A stretch of DNA of 64,000 bases from positions 32,798,001 through 32,862,000 of the forward strand of contig CM114271.1 in the NCBI GenBank assembly GCA_050084515.1, read 5' to 3'. The DNA comes from Blasia pusilla. Lineage: Eukaryota. The stretch's first letter is position 1; each line of letters begins with the position of its first letter. The notes below the pieces were generated by a model. The model was not told the DNA's origin. It was given only the letters and a program-made list of their open reading frames with translations, and did no database searches. Both the position numbers and the translations under genes were made by a program. Below are positions 1-13,495 of this stretch, in pieces.

Positions 1-428
1 TTGCACATGTGTGAAATTCCCTTATCCAATATAGCTACAATGTAACAATTTAGAAAAAAATTTGATGAGTAGATGTTAATTAAAAGTGGGAGGATAACTT
101 GTGTTTAATCTGAATATAGTTGCAAAAAAATGGACAAGTTCGTCCCTAGGATGGACATGGACAGACATGGATTGCCAAAGGTGGGACCCACAATTATAGT
201 TCATGGTGGAAGGTAGGGCAAGGACGGGCGGGGCAATAAGGGTGGAGGGAGTGAAGGTGGGAGGAGGAAGAAACAAAAAAGTGTGGATCACGAATGCAAA
301 TAGAGGGGTGAGAAAGGAGGGGGAGATAGGGACCATGTGATCAAGTCTTCTATAAGACGCATCTAAATCCACGAATATGGTGATATGGATATGTTCGTGG
401 AAATCGACTTTTTCCATATGCAAACTTG
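1..428 (-). mobile_element. hAT-type MITE, probably cut at the window edge
   Basis: The right end TCCATATGCAAACTTG (reverse complement CAAGTTTGCATATGGA) resembles the TIR CAGGGTTGCACATGGA of the MITE at 10938. The window starts TTGCACATG, like the inside of that TIR. The spurious ORF 76..423 begins MHMEKV, like MHMDKV at 10943. Confidence 0.5.
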
Positions 429-559
429 AATTTGAATCATATAGAGGATAAAATAATTTGACAAACTGATGGATCTACAAACTCCAAATATAATATTACT
501 AATAGGCAAGATATAAGTCATGATATTCATGCCAATATTGCTAGTAATCCATAAGTGAT

Positions 560-1965
560 TCCTCCAAGTGGTGATTCACTTGAGCTTTCGTCAAGAAACT
601 TTTTTCCCACCAAGAAATAGTAGAGTTTAGTCATGTTTGGGAAGAGGTGTATTGGCTTCTTTATGGAAAAATCAAAATCATGAGGACATCCTTTGAAAGT
701 TTGTACTTGCAATGTTTTTAATAGGGATGGTCTTTAAACTCAACCAAAAATCCAGATTTTGAAGAGGCATTATGGGTGGTTGCTACATTGGGGATTGCAT
801 ATCCCACGACCAATCCAAGATTCCAAACTGGAAGTGAAGCACAGACTTAACTTCATGAAAGGCTCATGTTGAGATAAATGTTAGAGAATAATGAAAATGG
901 TGAAGTGATACATACATACCATTTGTAGTGAAATTTGGACCAAGTACCAAGAAAAGCCTCTTGTGAATATTTTGGTAGTACTTATGGGGGAGAATATTTC
1001 ATAGAGGCCATCCTTGCCATAGATATAATCAAGAATGAAAAATGAACTTCAAGACTAATCATTTGTTAGATTAGTGAGAGGGAACCAAAATTTTCTTTTC
1101 AATTTGTCACAAAAAATGCAAGAGTTTGCAAAGTTGGTAGGTTCTTTTGTTCGAGAAGTTCGTCTACTGTTTTTATGAGGAGATTGTGTTGCTCATAGAC
1201 TTTATTTGGTTTGTGAATATTTGGGGAGAATAGGATGTTTCATGAAATATTTTCTCAATGTGGAATATGGCGAAATTCATGAAAAATCACCATGCTTATT
1301 GTATGTTTTTGGACTTGTTCTCGTATAGGCTAATATTGCTTCTACCTTTGAAGGTTGAATTTATTGCTAATTAAAAAAAAATTAGTTGAGTTTATGAGCT
1401 TCAAAAATATTTAAACCATATAGTGATTTGTGATGAGTTCAAGCAATCCATTAGTATCCCAAATGGGAAAAATAATATTCGATGCTTATATTGGATGTTA
1501 AACATACACTTCTCATTTTTCACCATTACTTTGACATCCTACTTATATGAGTAGAAGCCTAGATGTTAAAGTAATCATAGTTATATGATGGAACTCGTTT
1601 ACATAGTAGATTGTTATAAGGATGACCTAATCCTATCTTGCATAAGAGTTTAGGACACCCTAATATGACGTGGGGATCCAAGGATGTAACCCTTGGTATG
1701 GTAAGACAACGTGGGGTTTGTTGTTATAGTGCCTAGAAAAAAAACTATGAATGGAATTAAAGATAATAGGTCAAATAACCAAAATTTCCCAACAATGAGA
1801 TGGTTGGGGAATTGTAGTGGTAGCACACATTTTGTTTGTCAAGTTTTCTTTATATTTAGGTTGCATTGACAATCTACTATGAGTGCACTGACAAACTAGG
1901 CCACTTTGTACTTTCAAGATATGTTATTTATTCAATGACTTGTTCACATTGTGTTTTATCAAGGG
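560..1965 (+). pseudogene. Decayed hAT transposase (DUF659-like core plus C-terminal dimerisation region)
   Basis: Frame-hopping translation gives HTICSEIWTKYQEKPLVNILVV (compare CTIMSDGWTD..RPLINFLV), GGEYFIEAILA, QFVTKNARVCK (compare QVVTDNASNCK) and NDLVHIVFY (compare LNDLVYI.YN), in the expected order. There are many stops and frameshifts. Confidence 0.7.
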
Positions 1966-2249
1966 CCTTTCTTCGAGTAAGGACGAACCTTCTAGGTGCG
2001 GTGATCATTGATGCAAGATCAATTTTCTAACAAGTGATTTCCTGTTCGGTATAAGATAATGACATATACCCTCCATTCCCTAACAATAGGGAATCACAAA
2101 TTTTTGTGTTGAGGCAATTACTTCCTTGCAGCAACTAACGCCAAAATTCCTAACTATGAAGTCATTGTAAAATACTTTATAATTTTACACCAAGAATATT
2201 ATACAAATGATATTGAAACCAACTCGAGGAGATCTATTTGCATCCATAA

Positions 2250-3253
2250 TGTCGCGCCCCTACTCTCCTTGAACGTCAATCTTTAGTGTTGAGGAAGCGT
2301 GCGTTCAGTAGGTCACGAACTCATCGCCGATCTACACCCAAACACGCACTCTCGTTAGTCGGGTTTGGCCAACCGGCGTTCCAACCCACCGAGTCCTCAA
2401 CTCGGCGTCTCATCAAGCTCAACCTTCCCTAGTTCCTAGCTTCCAACACATGGCAAGTCCTTCAAGACTTGGAACAGACTTTCTGGTTAGTCCAAGGATC
2501 TGAAACGGCACTTGCGCGCCTAGCGATCCCAACTGTTCAACGGTCCTCGGGTGAGTTCCGAATCGAAACCCAAGTAATTGAATCGCGGGGTGGAATCCAA
2601 GAGGGATGTCTAAAATCGCCTCACTGGACTTGGTGCAGGTTTTCCAACCCAACCCCCAAACTCGCGTTCCGTTCCATGCCCCTGAGCCGCCCTGCGGCGC
2701 CCAAAGTGGGGTTTGGGTTCCAAACACTCTCGGAGGCCTTCCCCCTTACTAGTACTTCTGGGGTTCTCCAATAACCCCTCCCCTTTGGGAAAAGAGGTTC
2801 GGGCCTTTCATTGTGGCCCTCAACCCGACTCCACTTACAGTCGTTTTTGGGTCGTATCTCGGCCACTGCTTATGCGTTTGCAGCGATCTTTGGTGCATTT
2901 GGACCGGCTCTCCATAAGCTTTCCAACGCATCCTTATTTGCTCCAAACGCATCTTGGAGCTAAAAGTTATGGCCATAAATACAGTCGGAAACTCTCAAAC
3001 GCTAGTGGCGGTCCAAATCCGGATCTTCCTTTTGGCAACCCACTTCCTAGACTCGACTTCTTTCAAGTCTCATTCCGCGTTTGGTCCAGGTTTCTGAGTC
3101 GCAACCATCACATCTGAAACGCGTGACTTCTCGCTCGCGTCTCGTCTCTTGTCTCCTCTTTGAGACAACTCCAACGCGCAAACCATCTTAGCGTGAGCCC
3201 GCTAATGTTCCGATGTTCCCCTTGGCACTTGTTTGGTCATGAGGGTAGCGACA
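2250..3253 (-). mobile_element. Solo LTR (1004 bp) with 5-bp TSD CATAA
   Basis: Ends are TGTCGC...GCGACA. CATAA lies at 2245-2249 and 3254-3258. It is GC/CpG-rich against an AT-rich background, and its reverse complement shares blocks with the LTR at 9679-10636. Confidence 0.9.
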
Positions 3254-3529
3254 CATAAGTTGCTAAATAAGCATATATAGCCTACAATGTGAAGGATTCT
3301 TAGGTAGCAATCGGTAGTATCACTTGCGTTGGTGATAAACCAATAAAATAAGCGTATAAACCAATATCTGTCTACGAAGAGAATTTCTTTATGGTATGGA
3401 TTAGAAAAGGGAATTCATGTACCACTTGTGCTCCATCCTATGTATGACTCTTAAACATGTTCCATCCTTCCTTTCTACACCTAATTCTATATGTGAAAGA
3501 GCAAAAGGTAGGGCTAGGATAACTAACTT

Positions 3530-5890
3530 GATACACAATGCTTGCGTCACATAGGTCCTCTTATCTCAAGCAGAATATTACGGCAAGAGCACGCATTGTC
3601 TACAAGCATGCAGTTCATCATACCAATCTTCATGCTAGAAACATTCATTCATTTTGGATCCATCTCTGAGCTATATATCCAAGTTGGAGATTGGGAAAAC
3701 CCTTTTTGGGATTATGAGTACTTAGCCTTGACTTAGAAATTGTGGCCCCATGAACCAAGAGAAAACATGTTGCGTATCGCACCAAAGTTGAAAGTAGGGC
3801 CTAAGAAAATATCTTTTAGCATAGCCCTAGAAATCTATGTCATAAGAATGATTGTGAAGAATTGGAACTATGTGATATACAACCTCGTTGTTGAGGATGC
3901 CTATGCTAATGTTACAAGGATTTATTTGGTTAGGATTTGAAAGTGGGTTGTATCTTTGAACCATCTCTCGTTGAAAAAAGCCTAGATTATCTTATTGCAT
4001 ATCTGAGATTAGATGCAAAACTATTAGATGTAGAAAATATAGATCCGGAATTAAGAACATGCACATATACTTATTGAGTTATGATGATAAGATTTTTGTT
4101 ACCAAGATAGTATCACATTTAAATCCGTTTGAGAATTGTATGTTTTTCATAAAGAATAAAAGATATGATTGAAAAATATGAATGTCTGACTCTTAATGAT
4201 TGCAAATGATTATGGATTTATAAACTATGGATGTATGATGCATCAGTATGACACCATTATTAAAATCTTTTCGCAACAACCTTTTCCTTTTGGATTTTGC
4301 TAGAAGATAACTTGAAGATGGATTTGGTGCCTTATGAAGACTATAGTCCTCATGACAAAGAAGATGACGGAAGAGGGGAAGAACCACACAATACATCAAG
4401 TTGGCCAATTTTTACCAATTGAAAGCGTATTTGGAAAACACCGTTGACAAAATGTTCTTGAAGGAAAGTTGAAGAAGTTGCAAATCAAATAGTTAGATTG
4501 TTTGTGATTGGTGATTTTGGAGCATAAAAGAAAGAAGATAATTGGAGGAAGAATTGGCCTTGTTTAGTGGCTTTGCAAGTTATGAGGATTTCCTTGCAAA
4601 CAAGAGAAAATGATAGAGGAAGGTATTTTTCAAGCTCAAAGTCATAGAGTTGATGAAGTAGATGGAGCTTTATTATGAAGATATGATGAATTGAGTTTCA
4701 AAAAGAGATAAGAGATCGTGAGTCGGAGATCAAAAATCTCCATTGTTGATGTAAAAATGACCAAGGCTTGGAACTTTGCCTAACTTTGGAAGTGCGAGCC
4801 CTTAACCATAATATCATCATCAACTTTCATCTTCCCGACTAGATGGAGGAGAGGAAGGAGGATTTCCGTCACAACATGTGATATCACACCAACACCACCA
4901 TTGTGTATTCTCGAGAGACCTTAGAAGCCTAGTTTCTTTGATGAATGGAAATAACGAAAATTAGCATAGTGAAGATAAGATAGATCACTCACATGAAAGT
5001 GAAGGTCCGGTCCAATTGAAAGTGGAGACAGATGAGGATGTTAAAGGTGTTTTGAGTGACCTAAATGCATGTCATAATATGAGTTTTAATAGATCTAGAG
5101 ATAATTACGATCACCGTATACATAGAAGCGCTAGTCCCAAAACCTATCATGGGGAGAATGCTTTGGATAATACCAAGCTTAGTTCTCGTCTATTACGAGA
5201 TTTTAGTAAAGAATTCACGACAAACTTTTGATTTGGAGGCCAAATTCAAATTTTTGAAATTGATTCTTAAGACTATGAAAGTCTACAGAGAGTAATGGAA
5301 AGGATTTAAAGACTCCATAGAAGACAAAGAGTAATGATGGTTAACCATGTGGAGAAATGGAGAAGGGCATATGAATCTATCATGGTGAGATGACAACAAG
5401 AAAAAGATGAGTTGCTACAATGAAAAGCAAGGGGCAACATGGGAGAACTCACACTTGAAACAACTTTGCACAAGGCTCATCTTCTGAAAAAGATTGATAT
5501 TATCCTATTTCAACCTATCAAGAATTTGCTCTATATGCAAGATGGGAGAATATAGTGGATCCCAACGCCGCCAACTATGCTTTAATAATGTTGGCACCAA
5601 TACCTCTCAATCCAACCATACAAGACTAGGATATGCCTAATTGGATAAGGATAATTGCCATAGAAGAAGGAGGGGTCCTTACGCTGAACAATTGGCCAAA
5701 ATGCATGATTTGCTTCAACCCAAATTCTCTAGGAAGTTACTATGTGACAAGCATATATAAGACATGTTACTTGCATCCATATTGTCTTCAAAGGGACATG
5801 TTACTATCATGAAGATTTATAACTTGTAGAAAATCTTGATCATGAATATTTTATCATATTTTTGGCATATCTTTTCGCGTGTCGGATAGT
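3530..5890 (+). pseudogene. Decayed kinase C-lobe, charged helical region and RING-like finger (copy 1 of an unclassified repeat)
   Basis: Kinase motifs: HHTNLHARNI (~3615, catalytic loop), VGDWE (DFG-like), RIAPKL (APE-like), IYVIRMIV (subdomain IX-like). RING-like motif CMIC..CYLHPYC..ITCRK at ~5700-5830. Collinear with the reverse complement of 46200-48300. Confidence 0.65.
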
Positions 5891-7799
5891 AATATACCAT
5901 CTTCATATCATAAGCGATCCTAAGAGTAAAAGAACTTCACTTCTAGTTTGAGATATCATAGCCCTTGATCAAATTCTAACCCTAAAGTGAACATAGATGG
6001 GATGGTTCAAGAACAACTCCCAAGGAAACGAAAGAATTAATCAAACGATATGATTTTCGCTTCTCCGCTTCATTGAAATATACAATCGAGGAAAGCTTAT
6101 TCATGGAATTGTCATAGATCTCCAAACTTGAGAGGCGGAGAACTTCTTAGGGCACGGATTGAATCCATAAGAATTTCAAGATGCTCTTGACATGACTTAT
6201 TGGCTTGTTCTTAACAATCAACTTAATCCATTATTGGATGATCTTATCTTGATGAGACTTGAATTGATCTTGCCATCTCTCTTACGGCCAAAATATTCCT
6301 CAAAGGATGGAAGGGAGTATCCACAAACATGTTATTACCCTTGTGGAATGCATGAGATATTCACCAGATTCTTTGAGAGAGAATGGTTGATATTTCCAAT
6401 CTAGGCTCTACACAACACACATGATGGTGAAGTTTATATTGAGTTAGAGAAGACGATTTCTCGTGGAGGAGGGGAGACATATGATGAGAGCTAAGAGAGT
6501 AGTTTACAAGACGTTTAAAATAATGTCAGATATATCTGCTGATGAAAATTAGATAAGATGTGTTCATTTCATAGCTCGATAATGTACATAAGTATGAGGA
6601 CTTATCACAATCCAAGGGTGCTAACCATTTTTGTAAAAAAATATAAAAGATATATTTTTGGAAGTGACTTCTTTGTATAACATTATGAACTAATACTATC
6701 CCCCTTGGGTAAACTTGAATGCATGTTTCTTCATTAAGTTCTATAGATTATGACTTTCAATTGGAAGTTTCAAATTAGAAATTTTGACTTTATTATTGTA
6801 TAATGGGCATTAGCTCATTTTGGAAGATCTATGAAAGCAAGTTAATTATGAAATTTATCCATGAAGGTTCTTTAATCTCTTTTGAGTTTTATCCTATATT
6901 AAGTTGAAAAGAATGATGAGGAGAAGGTTTTTATGATTGTATAATTATATATATATATATATATATTATTTATATAAGTTTAATAAGATGATATTAACTA
7001 TTAGAGAAAAAAATCCATCAAATTTTCCAAATTATTTCTCATTTTTTATATTTTAATCTCATAAAATTTTTGAAAAATTCTTGCCTAAAAGGACTATTAA
7101 AAAAATTAATTATGAAGTCTTGTTTGGTAAGAAATCCAACTATGAAATGCGTTACTCATTGTCAAGGCCAATGAACGAGTGCCATCTTTGAATAGGTGGT
7201 CCAATTTTTTTTAAAAATTACCCTCTAAAAACCCGAAAAGTAGAATGAGATGAAATTAATAAAAAATACATTAATTCACTCCCTTTTATTTTATTAGTTA
7301 ATTATATTAATAATTTTGCTATAGTAAATAAAAATTCAAAGAATTTTTCCCAATGAGATCTTCTAAAGTTTACCTCATATTTATTATCTTTCTTATTTGA
7401 AAATTTAAATTTCCTTTTTAAAAGTTCATACTAAGTAAATTACTAAATATTTGAATTTTCAAGTTTACTTTGGAGGTCAAATTAACTCATATTTTGGGAA
7501 GTAAGTTAGAAAGGATAATGCAACGGTGTTCAGATCGCATTTATATTTAAAAGTGGTAAGAGACTTTTTTCAATTTTTAGGCTTGTTTGGCAAATAAAAT
7601 TCACTTTCATTTTGGGAATAAATTTGATGAAAATATGTGACATCCTTTTATTGATTGAAATACGAGAATTGGGAAAGATTGTTTTTTTTTTCCCCAATTA
7701 CTAAGAAAAAGATATGAAGTGATTTTTAAAAGCCAAGTTAGATGGTAGTACAAAATGAGATGCTAACATAAAATTTGGTTTTCAAGTTTAAAAGTTGTG

Positions 7800-9590
7800 A
7801 GCATTTTTTGTTATCTTGTCCGGGTGTGTGCTCTAGACGTGAAATTTGAGCCCCTTCATCTTACAAGTATATGTAAGCTTTTTGAAAAAATTCAATGAAA
7901 ATGGAGGTGTAACAAAAATTCCAAAAATAGATAAATGTTTTTGGATCAGTGTGATCAAACCTTGTCACTAAATAGTGAAAGAGGATTTGTGAATTTTTCA
8001 TCTTATCCCAGTATATGATCTTCATACGAAGTTTGGATCACCCCATCATGAAAACGTATCTAAGCTCCTTGAAAATTTTCAATGAAAATGGAGGCGTAAC
8101 CAAAATCCTAAAAATATAGAAGTGTTTTTGGACCCATACAATTAAAACTTGCAAGCAAAGAGGATGTGTGTTTTTCATCTTGTCCTACAATATGATCTTG
8201 ACTTGAAATACGGGAACTTACATGAAAATCATCCCAAGTGTATTTAAAATCCTTGAAAAAAAATCAATCAAAACGAAAGTGGAATCCAAAGCTAAAGAAT
8301 ATATAGATTTTTTGGACACGTGCTATTAAACCTTATAAGAAAACAGGGTGTGTGTATTTTTCATCTTGTCCAAGTATATATGATCTTGACCTAAAATTTT
8401 AGGCCACTTCATCATCCAATTGTATATAAGATTTATGCATTTCAATGAAAATGGAGGTGTAACCAAACCCCGAAAAATATTTATAAGTCTTTTTGGACAC
8501 GCACAATCAAAGATTGAAAGAGGGTTTGTGCATTTTTCATCTATTCCAAGTATATGATCTTGCCTAAGGTTTAGGCCAATTAATCATCCAGGTGTATTTA
8601 AGCTTCCTGGAAATTTTCAATAGAAGTAAGTACAACCCAAAGCTAAAAAATGTACATGTGTTTTTGGACGGTTAAACCTTATAAGGGAGAAAGGTATATG
8701 CATTTTTTTTAATCTTATCCAAGTTTATGGTCTTAAGGTGAAATGTGTGCCCTTTCATCATCCATATGTATGTTTTCAGACTTGTGTGATTGAACCTTGT
8801 ATTGAAAGTCACTTCATCATCCAAGTGTATCTAGGGTCCTTCAAAAATTTTAAGGAAAATGGAAGTGCAACCCAAAACTAATATATATATATGTTTTTGG
8901 ACTCGCATAATTAAAAATTTTAAGGAAAATGTAAGTTCAACTCAAAGCTTAAGAGTATATAGGTTTTTTTGGACGCGTGCCATTAACCTTGCAATGGAAA
9001 AAGATTTGTGCATTTTTCAACTTGTCAAAGTATATGGTCTTGCCCTAAAATTTTGGAAACTTTATTATCCAATTTTATCTAATCTACACAAAAACATCTA
9101 TTATAATGGAGTTGGAATCAAAACCCTGGACAAAGATAAGTGTTTTTGGACTCACGTGATTAAACATTGTAAGGAAAGAGGTTGTATGCATTTTTCATCT
9201 TGTCAAAGTATATGATTTTGGAGCGAAATTGGGGATACTTTGTCATCCACGTGTATCAAAGCTATCTTTTAAATTTCAATGATGATGGAAATGCAACCCA
9301 AAGCTCAGAAATATATAGGTGCTTTTGGACGCGCGCAACTAAACGTGATTAAGAAAGATTGAAAGAGGATTTGTGCATTTTTCATTGTCCAAGTATATGA
9401 TCTTGACATGAAATTTAGGATCCTTCATCCTCCAATTGTATTTGATCTCCCTCAAGAATTTCAATAAAAATAGAGATATAACCAAAATCCCAAAAATATA
9501 TAAGTAATTTTGGATGGGCGTGATTCAATATCGTTACAAAAGAGGATGTATGCATTTTTCAACTTGTCCAAGGATAAGATCTTGATCTAT
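7800..9590. repeat. Degenerate tandem array, ~180-bp unit, about 10 copies
   Basis: The block AATGGAGGTGTAAC..AAAATAT..TTTTTGGAC..GCATTTTTCATCTTGTCCAAGTATATGATCTT recurs, with anchors near 7900, 8088, 8272, 8450, 8620, 8858, 9106, 9285 and 9469. Confidence 0.85.
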
Positions 9591-9678
9591 AAACACCTTT
9601 ATTGTTACAAACACTACAATTTTGAAAATTACTTTATCCAACATCCTTACAAAGAGTGTTGTGAATAGCTAAGTCCAT

Positions 9679-10740
9679 TGTGCCCACGCCAACGGGGACC
9701 TGATGAGCGAATCATGATCGTGGGTCTAAGGAGGAGAGATCTTAGTATGGCCCACCAAAGTTGAAATCTAGATTAGCTAGTCGCCAGACTAGGAAGGGCG
9801 TTGAGATCGGCCGCAAGACTAATGCTAGGTTAGACATGCATGTGTCTTGTGACAAGATTAAGGCAAGAAAGGGCCATAGCTATTTCCAGGGACAAAGGCG
9901 AGGCAAGTAAGGTTTGAGAACTAGGATCCAAGCTCCTTGTTAAAGGTGAGAAGAAAAAAACTTATGGGTAGTCAAGATGGGCGAGACGTCATAAAACATG
10001 AAAGTCGGCAAGACAACCATAAGTCACAAAATTGGGAGTCAAGACATGAGCTAGACATTAGATACATCCAATGCATGTCCAAGATCCAAGATGCATTTGG
10101 GGATCAAAGAGTTGCATTATTTGCACGAAGACTCTGCTAACCGTCTTGATGGATAACTAGTTAAACGTAGGTCTGTAGGTCAGAAACCATGTTTTGGTTG
10201 AAGGCCAAAATCAAGGCCTTGAGAGGACAATGGGGAAGGTGGGGATCCCCTAGAGAACCCCAAAAGTATATGTAGGGGGGATACTCTCCCTCCTCATCCA
10301 TTCAAAGCCTTCAACTAAGAAATAATCATGATGTGTGTTTAGCCAGGTTTCAAGTTGAGCTAAGGGAACCACCTTGAAGAATTAATGGACATGCTCCATT
10401 ATATGTGAGTGACTTGGGGAGATTAGTCAAGGCTTGGGGAAGAGGCTTTCTAGAAAGCCTCTTCCAAGTGTACTTTCTAGACAGTACACACTTGGGGAGA
10501 CTCAACCCGATTAACCCTTAGCAATTTCTCCACTACCTATAGAATGCATAATTAGTTGAGTCTTTGGGTTTCCATGAATGGTGCTCTATGTGAGCGCCAA
10601 GGGGGCGCAACACCAATTGTGCTAAGGGTTGGGACATTGGCGCTCTCTACACATGTGAAAACCGCCAAGCAAGCAAGGAGTTGGATGGAGGGCGCTAAAG
10701 GACAACTTGGACAAGACACCTTGTAGTTTGCAACTTGCAA
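9679..10740 (+). mobile_element. LTR (~9679-10636) followed by a putative PBS and a truncated internal region
   Basis: Ends are TGTGCCC...GGGACA, followed by TTGGCGCTCTC (TGG-initiated, PBS-like). It shares TCCAAGATGC.TTTGG, GGTTGA.GGCCA.AAT and GAGAACCCCA.AAGTA..GTA.GGGG with the solo LTR at 2250-3253. Confidence 0.6.
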
Positions 10741-10937
10741 ATAATATATTTATATATATTTTTTTTTCATCTATTTTAAGCACAAGAAAATATGAAATTT
10801 TGCACGAAAAAATGATCAAAATTGAAGCTTTGATTAAATATTAGAAATATATTATGAAAATTTAGAGAAATAGTAAAAATTATGAAAAATAATATACTTG
10901 TGCTCAACACGCATAATATTTTAGGGTTATATTTATT

Positions 10938-11244
10938 CAGGGTTGCACATGGACAAAGTCAGTATCCGTGGACATGACCATGTCCACAGATCTATGTCCA
11001 TCATAAGGATGGATATATCCGTGCAGACCCTAGTGGGACTTGAGCCCACCCAATGGGAGCTCCGTCCACTCTGCGGGCCTGGATTTAGGCCTATCGTGGG
11101 CTATGCGTGGGCCGTAAAGCGGGTGTGGGGTCAATCAACCCGGGTGTACGTGACTGGCTTGGCAGACTCGGGGGCGGGCTCAGATGCGGGCCGCTGGTAC
11201 TCGTGCGGCATGTTTGTGACCATGTCTGTTCACGTGCAACCTTA
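10938..11244. mobile_element. hAT-type MITE (307 bp)
   Basis: TIRs are CAGGGTTGCACATGGACA and TGTTCACGTGCAACCTTA. The flanks TATTTATT (10930-10937) and TCTTTATT (11245-11252) form an 8-bp TSD with one mismatch. Confidence 0.8.
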
Positions 11245-13171
11245 TCTTTATTCCACCACAAAATTTCCCCCGATTCAGGTTTAATAATTTATATTCTTAT
11301 TTCAAAATATATGAAAACCCTATATGAAGAACTGTTTGAGATAATGTTTAAAATTAAACCACCTTGCTCTTCCCTCATTTTCTAACACACATAATGATAG
11401 GAAGAAGAATTAGGAATAAAATTTAGAGTTAACCCAACAAAAGACAACTCCCAAAATTTCAAAAATAATGAAAAGTATCTCTTCCTAGGATTTTTTATCG
11501 GCATAAATGTAGGCTAACTTTGTTATATCCTTTTCACACCTAACGTCTCCTATCCTCAAATTTATGAAATATTTCGCATTCTTCAACAAGAGTATGCGTC
11601 ACATGGATGTGGTTGAATTTTGAGAGTCTTTGTATGGTATTATTGGCAAAGCTCTATGTTCTACAAAGTGAAGAAGGGTTTCATTGATGAAGGAAATCTC
11701 ATTTCAATAGGACTTAGGATTTCTATATATGAGGATTTGTCTCTGGTATTGGAATAGATTTTCATTATGACTGTATGAAGATAGATTTGTTGTGGTAGGT
11801 ATATATATTTTTACATCTTCTCTCGTTGCACTTAAAACTTATTCATGGCAGAGAAATTGGTTATTGAGTTGAAGAGGATATATTAACATTTCGAGGTATA
11901 TTGCAACTTTATGTTCTGGAAGTGTATTTTTTATTTCGGCAAGGGCCTAAATCTATGAAGAAGTCTACTTGGATTTTTTTACAATCAATGGAGGATAATA
12001 TGCATGATTATGAAGAAAGAAAATCATCCTTGCTAATGAGTTCTTCTATGTTTGTTAACTTAGTGTTTGGTTTTGTAATTTCCTACCCAATTCCCCCTAT
12101 GAGGGCCATAATTGATCCAAATGAGTATTAGTATTATTCACATTGATTTTTGAAGTGTGAAAAGTATGCAAATAAGTATACAATGACTTGTTATATATTG
12201 CTTATGTAGTGCATAGACAAAATTTTGTCAATAAGAAACTACAAAAAGAGGTTATACTAGAAGATGAAAGATAAGAATAAGAAAATATTTATAACATAAA
12301 GCAATAAGTATCAAATATATTTGCTAACAGAAACAATACATAGTATTAAAGACTAGATAGTGTAGAAATAAAGAAATTAAAAAATGATTAAAAAGGTCAA
12401 ACATAAGAATTGGAGAAGATAATTTCCGCTGGCTCTGTGTGTCTTTTATAAAACCACATAGACTATGTAATGAATAATAAGTGTTATGATTAATACAAAA
12501 AGATCTTGTGAGGAAGTAACTCATAAAGTGAATTATTCATGAATGAAGAAAAACCCCGAAAATTGTCTTTCTACATGTTTGATCTCTCTTGTATTAGGCC
12601 TTGCATGGCCCTTTTTTCCCAGGTAGCTCTGATGCATATTCTTGCAAAAGTCATGCCCTCTTCTCTTTGAGAAGCTATTTGTGTGATTTTTCAAGTTTGA
12701 TCCCTTTACCCTGGATAGTTCTAGATATGAGGATCTTTCACAACCCCTAATATGACCTCCGTGTGCCAAAAACCATTAAATGCTAAAAGACTCACATTGG
12801 CACCCGGTGTGAGTCTATGATTTGAGCCCCAACGCTTGAGTCGGATTGACCCTAGCATGTCACTCTAGCGAGTCTATCGCACATGGCCTTGCCTAGTGCC
12901 TAGCACATCACATTGGTGTTCCCCCCTTTCCCCCAAAGATGTGTTTCCAAAGATTGGTAACGCCTCCTCCAAACACCTCTTGATCGTTGCGCTCTAAAGG
13001 AGCACCGATGCCTCATCATCCATGTAGCCTTTGGCCACAACATTCATGTGGGGAGCTCACACTCTACACTTGGGCACCTCATCCATCACTCCACCCTTTA
13101 CTTGGCATCCCACAATTTTGACAACCATATAGTTGCCTTGTTGCAACACCCAAGGCCTTTCTTGTCGTCCT

Positions 13172-13495
13172 TGTCACTTCTTTTATAGCAAATCAACGAG
13201 GATCCGTATATTGCCTTTAGGAGGTAGGAAGACAACTTTAGGAGGTTGAGGATGACCTGTTGAGGACAAGAATTACCTGAGAGACCATGTTTCTTTTTTT
13301 TTGGCTCATTTTGAGCCATATTTAGGAATTTACTAAGGGGGATAAGTTCCTACTATGAGCATAGTTGGCTTTCAATTTCGAGAAGTGGCCCATGAGCCCC
13401 TATTGTAGATCAAGAGCCAAGGAGTCAACCTACGAGCATAGGTTACCAAGGAAAGAGTTTGGGGAGAGGGAAGCCGTATATCATGGGTGTTGACA
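13172..13495 (+). mobile_element. 324-bp solo terminal-repeat element related to repeat A of the Gypsy element at 17495
   Basis: Ends are TGTCA...TGACA with a perfect 4-bp TSD TCCT (13168-13171 and 13496-13499). It shares GGAGGTTGAGGATGACCTGTTGAGG, GGCTCATTTTGAGCCATATT, TCAAGAGCCAAGGAG and GGTTACCA with 17495-17795 and 25178-25475. Confidence 0.8.

Noticed and set aside
2419-3117. Overlapping 75-134-aa ORFs
   Set aside because: They lie within a GC-rich solo LTR and have no protein motifs.
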